Shown: positions 1 to 10,960 of the stretch, in pieces
Layout of the letters: each line of letters begins with the position of its first letter
Numbering within the stretch: the first letter of the stretch is position 1
Source: Euprymna scolopes
Lineage: Eukaryota
Assembly (NCBI GenBank): GCA_053919585.1
Contig: CM132800.1
Reading direction: 5' to 3' (one strand)
Length of the DNA: 64,000 nt
Position numbers and translations under genes: made by a program
The notes under the pieces: generated by a model
The model's database searches: none
Told to the model about the DNA's origin: nothing
Seen by the model: only the letters and a program-made list of their open reading frames with translations

Positions 1-80
<80 letters not shown>
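1..80. repeat. (AT)n followed by (AGAT)n microsatellite
   Basis: Read directly from the sequence. Confidence 0.97.
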
Positions 81-81
<1 letters not shown>

Positions 82-300
82 ATAAATGACAAAAATGTAT
101 ATTCCAAAATTCATGATGTTGGCCATCTTATATTTTATTCATTTAAATCAGTTGATTTATACAGTTGTATAAATCAACTGATTTAAAGGAATGAACTATA
201 AGATGGTTAACATCATGAATTTTGGAATATAATTTTTTGTCATTGATTCTATATATTGCTCTGTAATCACATTGATCTTCTTATATAAGGATTGATATTT
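80..300 (+). mobile_element. Fold-back (palindromic) non-autonomous element, short copy
   Basis: 80-249 is an imperfect palindrome with a perfect 22-bp inner stem (142-163/166-187). The arms and a 50-bp tail (250-300) recur in opposite orientation at 18095-18482. Confidence 0.75.
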
Positions 301-1147
301 AATAAGAAATATATATTTCTACAGAAATATATATATATATAATACCATCTACTACAGACCCGACAATAGAAAGACCAGATAAGAATACAAAATTGGATGT
401 ATCCCTATATATATATAAAATGAACTCATTTGCTCCTCTAATTTTTACCTTAATAGGATTAAAAATCAAGACATTTCATGCAAATGTAATATGCACAAAC
501 TGCAGCACAATAGATGTGTTATAGGCCTATTACCGCTTCATTTCCTCGATAATCGTAGATTCCTATACGTTTTTTGGTTAGAGTTAGCTGTCAAAATCGG
601 TTAAAATCAATGGAAGTAGTATAATCTTTTCTCTTTAATAAATTCCTCCTTCCCCCCGTCACCACTTACACTGTTGCGGGATCGTTCACAAGGGATAGTT
701 ACGAAGGAACACCGGTTTTGGTTTTCTTTACTTCGTAGTTGCTTAAAAAAACTGGAATTAAATTTTAACGTTCCATTTCGTTCTGTGTTCTAGGTGAAAC
801 GCACCGTGGACTTAACCAATTCGAAGGGTCATTTATGCCATTTTTTTTTGCTCTTTTCGCTGTGTTTTTTTTTTTGTTTTGGTTTTTCCGACCACGTTCA
901 TCATTTTTCCCCTGATTTTTGCTTTTTGTTTTTCCGATTTCTTTTTTAAAGAAGTGTTACGTTTGTTCGCTGTGTTTTATTTATTTATTTATTTTGGTTT
1001 GGCCGATTTTTAAACGAAGTTTAACATCGTTTTTGTTTTTAAACAGGTTTATTACTTCGCTTATTCGTTACTTCCCCCCTTACACACACCTACAAACATC
1101 CGGGCAACGCCGGGTACCCCCGCTAGTATGATCATAAAATCCAACCC

Positions 1148-1320
1148 CGATCGCCCTTCGGGTGCCGTGGCGCAGTGAATAGAAGCGATGAGTCTCTACG
1201 ATTCCAGGTGAGCATTGTCTGACGATAGCGTTTACAGTTCTACGTATAGCAGGCCAGAGGATTAGTTGGTTCAACCCTGGTAAGACAACAACTTTGGAAT
1301 GCAGTAGTTACTGAGGATAC
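1148..1320 (+). mobile_element. tRNA-headed SINE, family A copy 1, with HHR-like body
   Basis: A-box-like TGGCGCAGTGA at 1168 and degenerate B-box GGTGAGCATT. Homologous to 3020-3190 (GATCGC.CTTCGGG.GCC.TGGCGCAGTG; GATTCCAGGTGAG.ATTGTCTGA.GATAGCG; GGCCAGAG). Confidence 0.7.
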
Positions 1321-1567
1321 AGTGCCAACCTCTCCGATTTTGTTTCAAATTTTAAATGTAGACAATTAATATGTATTCCTTCCATTTCATTTTTTTTTTA
1401 ATATGTTTTAAAAGTTTTAGGTTCATAATATAAGCATAAACTTATACTTGAATATGTCAGAATTAGCTTACCGACAAATAGGGGACGGAAGAAAACACGT
1501 TTCAAGTCTTTCAACGAAATGTATGCGTTGCTTACAAGCAGGCTTTCCTTGGAAAAGTAACAGATGA

Positions 1568-1626
1568 GTAACGATGGTCGAAGTGTAGTTTGGCTGAAAG
1601 ACAACAACAACAACAACAACAACAAC
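1568..1626 (+). repeat. Very degenerate HHR-family remnant followed by (CAA)n
   Basis: GTAACGA-T-GGTCGA-agtgtagt-TTGGCT-GAAA resembles 3233-3264, then runs into a (CAA)n tract. Confidence 0.4.
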
Positions 1627-3019
1627 CGCAGAGCGGCCAATCCTTTTATATATCCAAACTCTCTTCAACGAGATTCACGCGTGACTGGAATGTCTGTTTA
1701 ACTTGTAAGGAACAGACACCCAGTTTCTTTGCTTAACTGACCACCGGCCGTGTTGGTCACAACTACCAGCATCCCTTTCTACCCCATCGACCTACCCTCG
1801 GTAAGTCAAACAATTTAAAATTTTCACAAATATTAATATATGTCAGACTTGCATAGAATTCTATCCTTCGTTGTTCGACTCCGATTAAGCAAGATTTTCC
1901 TAATTTCAACGTTTTCTGAAGACTTCATAAATTTAAATTTTAGGCATTGCCTAGAATAACAATGGTGTAATTAACTCGATGAAGATTTGAATCAATATTC
2001 TCGTCGTAAAGATTTAGTATTAATATAATTTTTATTTCAATTTCTGTTAAACTACATAAAAGCGGTGCAAATATTTCTTTTCGGATAATTCATTTTAGAT
2101 ATGATGGGGACCTTCTGTATACAATTACAGATACATTACTGAAAGCTGTATGGATTGAATTTATTATATTTCCTATTTTGTTAATCTTAAAAAAAAATAA
2201 CACTGCTTGTTTTGATTATATTCCACAGAGGAAATTTCTTCGTTAGTGTTCATGCTACAAGACATACTACACTCGTTGTTTCCTTATATGGTGTATTTAA
2301 TAGACTTTTCTGAAGCATTTTTGGCAGAGATTTTACAAATGAAGACTCAATAATCCAAACTATATTTTGCATTGCTTAGTTTTATTACTAGTATATGTCG
2401 ACATTATTTTATGCTCAAACTAGTTTCTTTATATGCCCTGATTGTCCCGTCAGGCCACACCAGTATGACTGGCTACTCTTAGTGTCCTGCTATTTTACGC
2501 TTGTTGAGAATATTTCTAAGAATTGTTTCTATTATTTCACAAAATCTTCTATATTTTCACTCATTCACTCTCCATATTATAAATGACAAAGTGTATTTTA
2601 AAATTCAAATTTAAACACAATCTAACTAACTAACAGTTAAATCCAAAAACGCACTCTAAAATCTCATTTCAATTTGATCTTATATTTTATCAATCAAGAT
2701 TTGTAAGAAGGGCCATTACACGCGAGTGTCATCTTATAACATGGCATTAAAACAAAGGCATGAATGTAAACGTGAACAAATAAAACATTCTTAAAGTTTT
2801 GTGATACATTTTTTCGTGTTTTTACTAAAGGTGTAAGCATAACTTAATCTATTCATTTATTTATTTCGGACTATTATTCTCATCCTTATTAGTTATTGTT
2901 TCACGGCGTTTCTGCCAACTATTCCTCTGGTCTAATATATATACCATTCTGTACGGATCCAAACATGGAAGATCAGATAATAAATAAACGTGGATTTATA
3001 AGACAAAAAAATACAACCT

Positions 3020-3190
3020 AGATCGCTCTTCGGGGGCCATGGCGCAGTGGATAGAGACGTTGAATCTCTATGATTCCAGGTGAGAATTGTCTGAAGATAG
3101 CGGTTAAAATCTTAATCAAGCCGGCCAGAGACTTACTTGGTAAAAACGTGATGAGACGACAACAACTACAAGCAGTGATTGCTGAGAATG
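3020..3190 (+). mobile_element. tRNA-headed SINE, family A copy 2
   Basis: A-box TGGCGCAGTGG at 3040, CTGAAGA at 3091, collinear with 1148-1320. Confidence 0.7.
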
Positions 3191-3229
3191 CAGTTAGGAG
3201 ATTAATAGTTCCTATCACGTCGCTGTAAC

Positions 3230-3272
3230 CTCCTAACGAAGGCCAGAGTAATAGTTGGCCGAAACCTCGTGA
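3230..3272 (+). ncRNA. Degenerate minimal type I hammerhead ribozyme
   Basis: CTC-CTAACGA-A-GGCCAG-loop-TTGGCC-GAAAC-CTC-GTG. Stem II of 6 bp is intact; the core carries G5A and G16.2C changes. The downstream tail AAGATGAGAA..AGTCCG matches 12647-12666. Confidence 0.6.
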
Positions 3273-3384
3273 AACAACAACTAAGAAAGATGAGAATTAT
3301 AGTCCGCAATAAATAAATTCATAAATAATACTCATCTCAATAATGAGTTCCAATTAAATAATATACATAACTTAATCGTTGCAT

Positions 3385-3387
<3 letters not shown>

Positions 3388-3414
<27 letters not shown>
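3388..3414. repeat. (AT)n microsatellite
   Basis: Read directly. Confidence 0.95.
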
Positions 3415-3419
<5 letters not shown>

Positions 3420-3912
3420 GAGATTAGAACAGCAGTCTAAAGAGCAGAGTCTATTTTAATATATTAGTAAATTCATTAATACAATTAAAATAAAAGAAAA
3501 GAAAACAGTGCTCGTTGTAATGTAGATGTATAATAAGCTCGATATGTATATATATCCTAGAGCTATTTTAATATTGAGTAAGATGATTGATAATTTGTAA
3601 TTAAAATTATAAATTAAAAATCTGTTTCACAAGGAAGAACAAACACAATCAATAAATTGTACGATCGTTTCGGAAACGATGTTTTTATTGAGATTGACAA
3701 TAAGTCTTGGACAATAATTTTATCATTTAGTTTTTTGAAACAAAGTCTCCCTATCAGCAAACATATTGGGTTTTTTTTTAAGAGACCAAAAGCAAAAACG
3801 AACTACATTTAACAACCCAATGAACGCATTGACGATTACAGTTACGAACCATTAAAATATACATCTGCCTTACTTTAAAAAAAATGCTATTTTTTTTTAA
3901 TTTTTAATTTTC

Positions 3913-4010
3913 CAAATGAGGTATAGTTTGTTTGAACAGTTACATCAACTTTAGCTTAAATTTGCAGTTTTTTTAAAAAGTTACAAGTGCGGACTTTCTT
4001 TTTGCCGCCC

Positions 4011-4014
<4 letters not shown>
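3913..4014 (-). mobile_element. Possible Tc1/mariner-type terminal remnant
   Basis: Minus strand reads (TA)n-TGCACGGGCGGCAAAAAGAAAGTCCGCACTTGTAACTTTTT, resembling mariner-like ends next to TA. No partner TIR was found. Confidence 0.25.

Positions 4015-4070
<56 letters not shown>
4015..4070. repeat. (AT)n microsatellite
   Basis: Read directly. Confidence 0.97.
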
Positions 4071-4072
<2 letters not shown>

Positions 4073-5011
4073 TTACAGGACCCTTCTTAAACGTTGTATT
4101 TTTTTTTCTTTGTTTGCTCATCTCTTTCTCTTGGTAACCTAGTTCTTTCTTATTATTTAAAAAGTTTTTTAGACAATTAAGGTCACAAAAAGGTCATTGC
4201 AGCCAAAGTACACGTATATTATATAGGGGATGGATGTGCATATATAACCGTGCATATTCTATACGGCATTAACGTTGTTGTGTATATAGTTGAATCGTCT
4301 GTATGTTTATAAGTGTTTGTGCTTCGGACGTGTTTGTTTAACCGTGGTGATCTATATACGTGCATAGAGTTGAATCATTGTGTGTTGACTGTGTATACGT
4401 TGCATTGACAAATGTCTATTGTTTATTAATCTTTAAAAAAACCATAAGTCTGTAACTATTATGTTGTCATTGTATCCTTTACGTCTATTTTACGTCTCGT
4501 GATTCGTCTCATCAAGTGGTGTTTGTGCGTGCGTGTCATAACATATAACATAACATACACATGACATGACTACATACCTGTTTCTGCTATTGTTTCTTCT
4601 GCAAGATTCGTCAACCGTCTTCGGGGGAGCTTGAATCTATTAGAAAAGATCATCTAAAACAGGGCTCAAGACGAGATGAGATTTGATATATTCATTTTAC
4701 TCCCAGGTATTCACTATAGTAGAGGAATGATCTTATCTTGGGGTGATTATTTTACGGCCCCATGCTGGGATTCTCCCGCTCCTTGTTAAACCCATTTAAG
4801 CCCATTTTGTTCATTCGACATCTCCAATCAAACTCAACTATGCATGTGCAAACTGGAACAGGTGACATGCGACACGTCCCGTCCAGTTACCTGTTCGGAT
4901 ACTTTCTGCTGCAAAGTGACCGGTTCCAGAGTTTAACTTGTTTTACAACCTGTTAAAATAAGAGGACTCAAATCTCTGTTTCCACTTATCACTAGATAGA
5001 TAATTATATAG

Positions 5012-5333
5012 ACATATACGAAAAACACCCGTCTAGCCGAATCCACTGTGAAAAATTTCGCCCACTCTTTATCTGTGCCTAAATCAAAACGTGGATTCCA
5101 TGAACAAAGTTTCTTTCTTAGAACTGCACGCCTGTGGAACTCTGTTCCGTCTGCCTGCTTCCCACCTGACTACAACTGGATGTGTTCAAGTGCAACGTTA
5201 ACAAATTCCTAATGAACCGCCCCCTTAAGTAAACACTTCATCAAATCTCCACACTAACGTAATGTACTTGCAATAACCCTTATCCCTGAGTGGCTTCCGG
5301 GCCTTGATAAGTGGTGACCACTGTGTAAAAAAA
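5012..5333 (+). mobile_element. CR1-clade LINE extreme 3' fragment (divergent subfamily)
   Basis: Manual translation TYTKNTRL...SFFLRTARLWNSVPSACFPPDYN, 1-nt frameshift, then DVFKCNVNKFL; stop at 5230-5232. The 3'UTR has GCCTTG..GGTGA and an A-tail like the copies at 5942 and 19022. Confidence 0.85.
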
Positions 5334-5349
5334 TATATATATATATATT

Positions 5350-5391
<42 letters not shown>

Positions 5392-5425
5392 TAAATAAAT
5401 AGATAGATAAACGGACATAGATAGA
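5334..5425. repeat. (AT)n, (AG)n, (ATAG)n compound microsatellite
   Basis: Read directly. Confidence 0.92.
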
Positions 5426-5941
5426 TACACTGATAATTAGATAACCAGATAGATGGACAGTTTACAGAAAATTTACTGATTCTGTCCAACCACTCTCTAA
5501 CATTATGTAATGACTTGAATTTAAGTTTAAAATGCAAAAGCCAAGTGTCATGGTTCAATTGTGCTTTAAACAGAAGCATTCATTTTATACGCTCTCCTGT
5601 TATATCAAAGAACTACTGTTGATTTCTGTATGTCAGGTCCTTCTGCTTATGCGATTATAATGGCTTGAATTTATTTTTAAAATGAAAGAAGTCAATGTCA
5701 GTTGTGCTAAATAGAAACATTCATTTTGAACGCATCCTTGCCATATAAAAGAATGTAATATTGATTTTATATATCGGCCGTTTTTGTAGATATACTTCTG
5801 ATGTTATGCTGTATAAAATGTTAACTTTGGTCAAAATCATCTGTTCCTTATTTCATCAAATTAATTCGATTATAGATAATCGATACTGATCGAAAACATT
5901 CCGAAACAAAGCATATACAACAACACTGTCAGATACATAAA

Positions 5942-6796
5942 GAAATGGCAGAAGCACTAGAGGATGCCCTCGATCTGTAGTGGAATGGGGACATAAATTG
6001 ATGGTCACATTCAGTGCTGCCAAGACTAAACTCGTTTCCTTCAATAATTACAAGAAACCTTCTCTACCACCAATAGCAATGGCCAATGTGTCTTTATCTG
6101 AAAGTACATCCTTTAAACTACTCGGCCTAACGCTCTCAGGAAACGTTAGTTGGAACAATTACATCGAGAGTATCGCCAGGACCGCTGCAAAGAAGGTAGG
6201 TTCTCTCTACCGTGCTAGAAAGATACTAACGCCCGAAAGTATCCGATACCTCTATAAGGCAACCATGCGTCCATGTATGGAGTATTGTCGTCATATTTGT
6301 GCTGGTGCATTTATCACTAGTCTCTTGCTCCTAGACAAGGTTCAAAAGAGAGTCGCCAATCTGATAGGTCCTGAACTGTCATCTAAACTTCAGCCTCTGT
6401 CCCATCGACGAAATGTTGCATCCCTCTGCCTTTTCTACAAGTACTTTAACGGTGAATGCGCTGACGAAGTGCAAGCATTTGTACCCCCTCGACGTAAATA
6501 CCCTCGACAAACCCGACAAGCAGCTAAATCCCACCCCTTCACAGTAGAGATCCCTAGATGTAAGAGAGCCTTTTACTCCAGTAGTTTCTTCCCCAGGACA
6601 GCTAGAATTTGGAACTGTCTGCCGGGTCTCTGCTTCCCCAACTGTACTGACATGCAGAAGTTCAAGTGTAACGTGAACCGACATCTTGCTGCCCAACTCC
6701 CTACACAGTACCCCTGATGCCTATGTCCCTGATAGTAGCCCCCTACAACAAAGTGGCAATATGCCTTGTTTGGGGTGAAAATGTAATAAAAAAAAA
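5942..6796 (+). mobile_element. 5'-truncated CR1-clade (Zenon-like) LINE, copy A; C-terminal part of RT ORF, 3'UTR and poly(A)
   Basis: ORF 5980-6717 has post-catalytic RT motifs (KLLGL, LYKATMRPCMEY, LDKVQKR, HRRNVASLCLFYKY.NGEC, SFFPRTARIWN). A 1-nt deletion near 5972 shifts the frame relative to copy B. Ends AATAAA/A9. Confidence 0.92.
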
Positions 6797-6932
6797 TATT
6801 TGTATGAAATTTCATAACAATTTTTCCTTGCCATTCCGTAATTTACCAGGCACTCTCTCTCCCTCTTTCTCTCTTACACACTCACTGACAAAGTTCTATT
6901 TTATATAATAATAGAGGGAGAGATATTCCAAT

Positions 6933-7898
6933 ACAAACCAAATTATATGTTTATTAACGTTTCGTTTTTATCTCAAGATTCTCGGGATGAATAACTTGAA
7001 GACAACAGAATACCACTAAATATTTAAAGATATACTTGTGTTTGTAATGTGAAAACGATGTTTTTGTTCTATTTCAGAACGAAAAAGGCTGAAATGAAAT
7101 GTGTTTTATTTTGTTTTTATTATCTATTAATTAGAAAATTAAATAAGATATGTGTTACATTGAACACTTTAAAGCCAAATAGATGCAACGCGATTTTTTT
7201 TTACCTTTATAAAATAAACGAGTGCTTATTTTTAAAGAGATATATTTCGGAGATATACACTCCTTTTTCAATCTATATATATGTCTATATTTTTTCCTCT
7301 TATTCTTCGCCATGGTGTTGAATGGGAGAAATTGAGTTGAGTCCACATGATGTTAACGTTAGTTGATCGTTCTTTCATTATGTGGCAGTTTGCAATATTT
7401 GATGATTCAAATAGTCTTCGTCAAGATTTATATGAAATGATTTCAATGCATTTGCCTTGTTTACATTACGCTGCAATTAATGATATGAAAATAACATAAT
7501 TGTAGACACATGTGAAATCATTTCCACCACAGAAAATAATATTATATAATATTAAGCAATAAATATGAAAAAAATATAAAAAAAATCACTTATTTCATCT
7601 CAATTACACATGTCCAACATTTAATTATATTGATTATATTCATTCCAAATAGAAATAGAAACTACATAATATTCCTTTCAAATCTCTTACGACTACATGA
7701 CGTTAAAATATCTCACTCACTCTATTTCACGATTTTGAATTGCTAACGGCTTTTTCACTCTGAAATAAAACAAACACATCGTTTTCATATCACAGATCCT
7801 CAACTATTGTACTTGTATTTTATTTTCTTAAGTTATTCATCCCGAAGAAGTTTTAAAACATAGCCGAAGTGTAAATGAATGTATATTATTTGGCTTGT
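6933..7898. mobile_element. Inverted-arm element (about 155-bp arms at 6933-7089 and 7748-7898) with HHR remnants; probable PLE-derived inverted pLTRs
   Basis: Exact inverted 16-mer TCGGGATGAATAACTT (6982-6997 / 7830-7845) and TGAAAACGATGT (7050-7061 / 7776-7787). Right arm has CCGAAGAAG...GCCGAAGTGT; left arm minus strand has CGAAACGTT. Confidence 0.6.
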
Positions 7899-7946
7899 TC
7901 CTTTTTCATCTCATAATCATGTCGGTATAGTATTTCCACGATTTTT

Positions 7947-7948
<2 letters not shown>

Positions 7949-7983
<35 letters not shown>
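7949..7983. repeat. (AT)n microsatellite
   Basis: Read directly. Confidence 0.95.
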
Positions 7984-7985
<2 letters not shown>

Positions 7986-8241
7986 TATATTATAATTTAC
8001 AAATTCCTTTAAGATACTTAAGGGGATAGGCACTGTCTCGGAAGTATAAACTAAGAGGCTGTCGTCGTTCGAACACTATGGATTGTCTGATGTTTGTACT
8101 CGAATTGAGCGTTTATTAGTCGTTAATTCCCTTAATTCTTTTGGCAATTGCTTTGGAACCCGGACGTAGAGGTTTAGCAATTAGAGTCAAAAGTTGCTTC
8201 GTAGCTGGGCCGAATCTCCCGACAGGCAGAAATTGTCATCC

Positions 8242-8282
8242 TGCACAGATGATTGTGTAAGCATGAAACACTAGTGGCTGTA
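8242..8282 (+). ncRNA. Degenerate type I hammerhead ribozyme with palindromic stem III
   Basis: TGCA-CAGATGA-TTGT-GTAA-GCAT-GAAA-CACTAGTG-GC-TGTA. Stem I is TGCA/TGTA, stem II has a GNRA loop, CACTAGTG is palindromic. Two core substitutions (U4A, U16.1G). Confidence 0.55.
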
Positions 8283-8326
8283 TGTATAAAAATGATAAAT
8301 ATTTAATTATATAATTATTATTTTAT

Positions 8327-8357
<31 letters not shown>

Positions 8358-8361
8358 ATAT
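8327..8361. repeat. (AT)n microsatellite
   Basis: Read directly. Confidence 0.9.
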
Positions 8362-8543
8362 TAAAGAGAAGATAACTGTAAGTGGGCTTTATTGAATATT
8401 TTACGTCCACTACCCTAGAATTGTTAAAAGGGTTCAAAACTGTAGTAGAATAACAAATATATTTGTTTCGTGTTTTGTTTTTTGTTTTTTTTTAGTTTTT
8501 TTCAAATAATGATTGATAAAGTGTCTTATTTACATTAGTGTGT

Positions 8544-8770
8544 CTACTGTTCTTATCTTGAGTGTGATTCGCACAACGTTTCGGCTGATGTAAATGATCT
8601 TCTTCAGATGCTTCTTGTCGAACTCTGGAATCTTTCTGTCGAACCCGGGAATGTGCACTAAATCATAAACTGAATCAAATATTTGATTTACAGGTTAGGA
8701 TATTCTTGTTCTGTAAGTTATTACCGGGTAGAAGTCAAAGAATTCGCAATTGTATTCTTCCTATCGCCTT
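8544..8770 (-). mobile_element. HHR-bearing short repeat, family B (PLE pLTR / retrozyme-like)
   Basis: Collinear with 12330-12562 (CACAACGTTTCG; TGTC.AACT.TGGAAT.TTTCTGTCGAA..CGGGAAT; TCGCAATTGTATT). Confidence 0.75.
8571..8611 (-). ncRNA. Minimal type I hammerhead ribozyme; core intact, stem II damaged
   Basis: Minus strand GCAT-CTGAAGA-AGATCATTTACATCAGCC-GAAACGTT-GTGC. Stem I is GCAU/GUGC, stem III is the palindromic ACGU, and the cleavage triplet is GUU. Confidence 0.7.
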
Positions 8771-9319
8771 CAAGTCACTTAGAAAGTTTTACATAGTAAT
8801 TTACCCGTTTTAGCTCTCAGGGAATAGATGAAGCAAAAAAAAAACATGGACTATCACATCACCACTGCGACTACGGGATGACAATCACCTAGTTCTGTTG
8901 GGTAAACTTGACCATATACAAACCACGACGATCAAAGAACACACTAGTATAAAACGTTCCGCCGTTCGTCTTTGTCTATAAGTTTTACTTCGTCCCATAA
9001 AAGTAGATGGTTTCCCTTTTTCATCCAAATATAGTCAGTTATCCTCGATTCACGAATACATTTTATGTACTTACATTCACTGATAACGAGGGATAGTAGA
9101 GTTGTAAAGAATATAATATTCGAAATTATATTTATAAACTACAACCGTGCGTAAGTGATTACTTCAGCTAGTGTCGATATATGTGTGCGAGGGAACGAGG
9201 ACTGTGTATACAAAGTCATCGAGAAATATTTATTGTATTTACAAAAAAAAAAAAAAATGCCAATCCTTCGTTCTGACTCTTAAACACGAAATGTTGTTTA
9301 AAAGACGACGAAGATGTCT

Positions 9320-9880
9320 CTCTCTCACTCGCCATCACGTCACGGAGAAGTCATTCTCTCCCCGGACAAAACGTGACGATATTTTACCGACGTGAATTCC
9401 GTTTACGATAATTTGCTAATGAGTACACAGACGAGAACTATTCAGTTAATTAAACTCTGTATTGCAAGTTTTCTTTGCTTTCTTTCAGAAATTTTAATTT
9501 ACTTGCAAGTTTTGTTGTAAGTTTTCGTTATTCGTAGTGAAAGATTTTTTTTTGTCAATATAGACAGACTAAAACACGAAACAACGCACTGAAAAACAAG
9601 AAATCTCGCGAGATGACAGAACAGAAGAACGCAGCAATAAATACAGACAGAAAAGAGAGCTAATTGTCAACACGCCACGCCTAAGTAACGTAGACACGCA
9701 CATGTTTACGTGCAATATATAAAACAGATACGCAGAGTTCATATGCATTCACTGGTCAGGTGGATAGATATTTTATCAATAAAACTAATCGAGAAGCGAT
9801 AGAATAGAGTAGAAACCCTCCTTTCACTCACAGTAAACAATAAGTAGTTTATGTTAAGGTGCGTAGCGCTGCGTCCATAG
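9320..9880. promoter_or_regulatory. CpG-enriched, promoter-like stretch
   Basis: Clustered ACGT-core motifs (CACGTCAC 9336, ACGTGAC 9371, GACGTGA 9389) and palindrome ATCTCGCGAGAT at 9603-9614. No linked exon identified. Confidence 0.3.
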
Positions 9881-9917
9881 TTAAGCAAGTGCTTTGCCAT
9901 CAACAAAAGCTTTGGTC

Positions 9918-10098
9918 GGTGACGATAGCTAAGTGGTTAACGGCATGAACTGAGAACCTGGGTGTTCCAAATTCGAATCCAGTTTGTTCCACACTTTGAC
10001 TTGGGGATCTTAGAAACCTTCACGTGGTCCCTCTGCAAATACCCGGGGAAACGAATGCCAGCAATAATTATCTGATCCATTCTAATGAATGAATGATG
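9918..10098 (+). mobile_element. tRNA-derived SINE, family C copy 1
   Basis: A-box TAGCTAAGTGG 9926-9936 and B-box-like AATTCGAATCC 9970-9980. The body matches the reverse complement of 13340-13550 (CACACTTT.ACTT.GGGAT; TTCACGT; AAACGAATGCCA.CA.TAAT.ATC.GAT.CAT). Confidence 0.8.
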
Positions 10099-10177
10099 CT
10101 CAACGGTATATCTAATAGACTAGCATAAACTATGCTGTGATAAAGAAAAACTGTTTTTATTTCGAGTTTTGCCTTTT

Positions 10178-10300
10178 TAGCTAGTTGGACAGCCAAGGAA
10201 TTAGAGCCTAGTCGAACCTGTCGCTTAATCTATAGTTTGAGGCATATGTCATCCAAGTAGCAGGGATGCAGTTGTTTTTGTAACTGAGATTCTAGCGCGT
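10178..10300 (-). mobile_element. Old SINE fragment, family D
   Basis: Weak similarity to 10778-10845 (G.TAGTTG.A.A; T.ATC.ATAG...GAGG). Confidence 0.3.
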
Positions 10301-10777
10301 ATTTAGCATCATCAGTCGAAGAATACGTATGCAAATGACCAAGCCGGTGCGTGAGTTTATGTCTCAGCGGAGGAAGAGAAAAAAGTAAAGTGGAGAGAAA
10401 AAAGCACCACGTGGTGAGAGGATTAGCAAGGCGTGCCAGCGTAAAATTGATTTGTGGCTACGTGGTGGATTGAGAGACTTTTAAAGCATGTGTTCAACAC
10501 TGTAGAGTTTTGGACAAATGAATGACGAACAAAAGGACTTTAAAACAAAATGCAATGCGCTGTTGGAAAGTATCGTTAATAAATCCTTTTTTTATTTTAA
10601 CTAGAAAAAAGTGAGTCAAACCCCTTCTTTTCTTTTTGTTCCTTTTCTACTTTCTATGCATACAGGGTTTGGGTCTCAATGCTAACATGTAACGACCACA
10701 TTACACCCTAACCGAACTCGAAACGACACACCCGGCACACGATTATCACTTATTTTTTTTAGTTTTTCACAACCAAG

Positions 10778-10960
10778 GTTAGTTGCATAAGCGAGGTTGG
10801 AAAGTTTAGCTTTAACTACTATTTGATCCATAGCCGGAGGGAAGTTGTATAGATGTATACCTTCACTAATCATATTAGTGAAACCGGTGCTTTAGAAAAC
10901 GAAACTCGAACGCTAGACGCGAAGCCTACAATACCTGCTTGTAGTCATTACCTCATGCCT
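10778..10960 (-). mobile_element. Old tRNA-derived SINE, family D
   Basis: Minus-strand head GAGGTAATGACT...CGTTCGAGTTTC has A/B-box-like spacing; related copy at 10178. Confidence 0.4.

Noticed and set aside
6379-6696. Antisense ORF shared by both LINE copies (also 19135-19437)
   Set aside because: Shadow frame of the RT coding sequence; no recognisable motifs and differing starts.
9918-9990. Functional tRNA gene
   Set aside because: Degenerate B-box, no convincing cloverleaf, and it continues into a body shared with 13340-13550, so it is a SINE head.
10285-10318. Minus-strand CTGATGA as a hammerhead core
   Set aside because: No paired stem II and no GAAA or stem I partner downstream.
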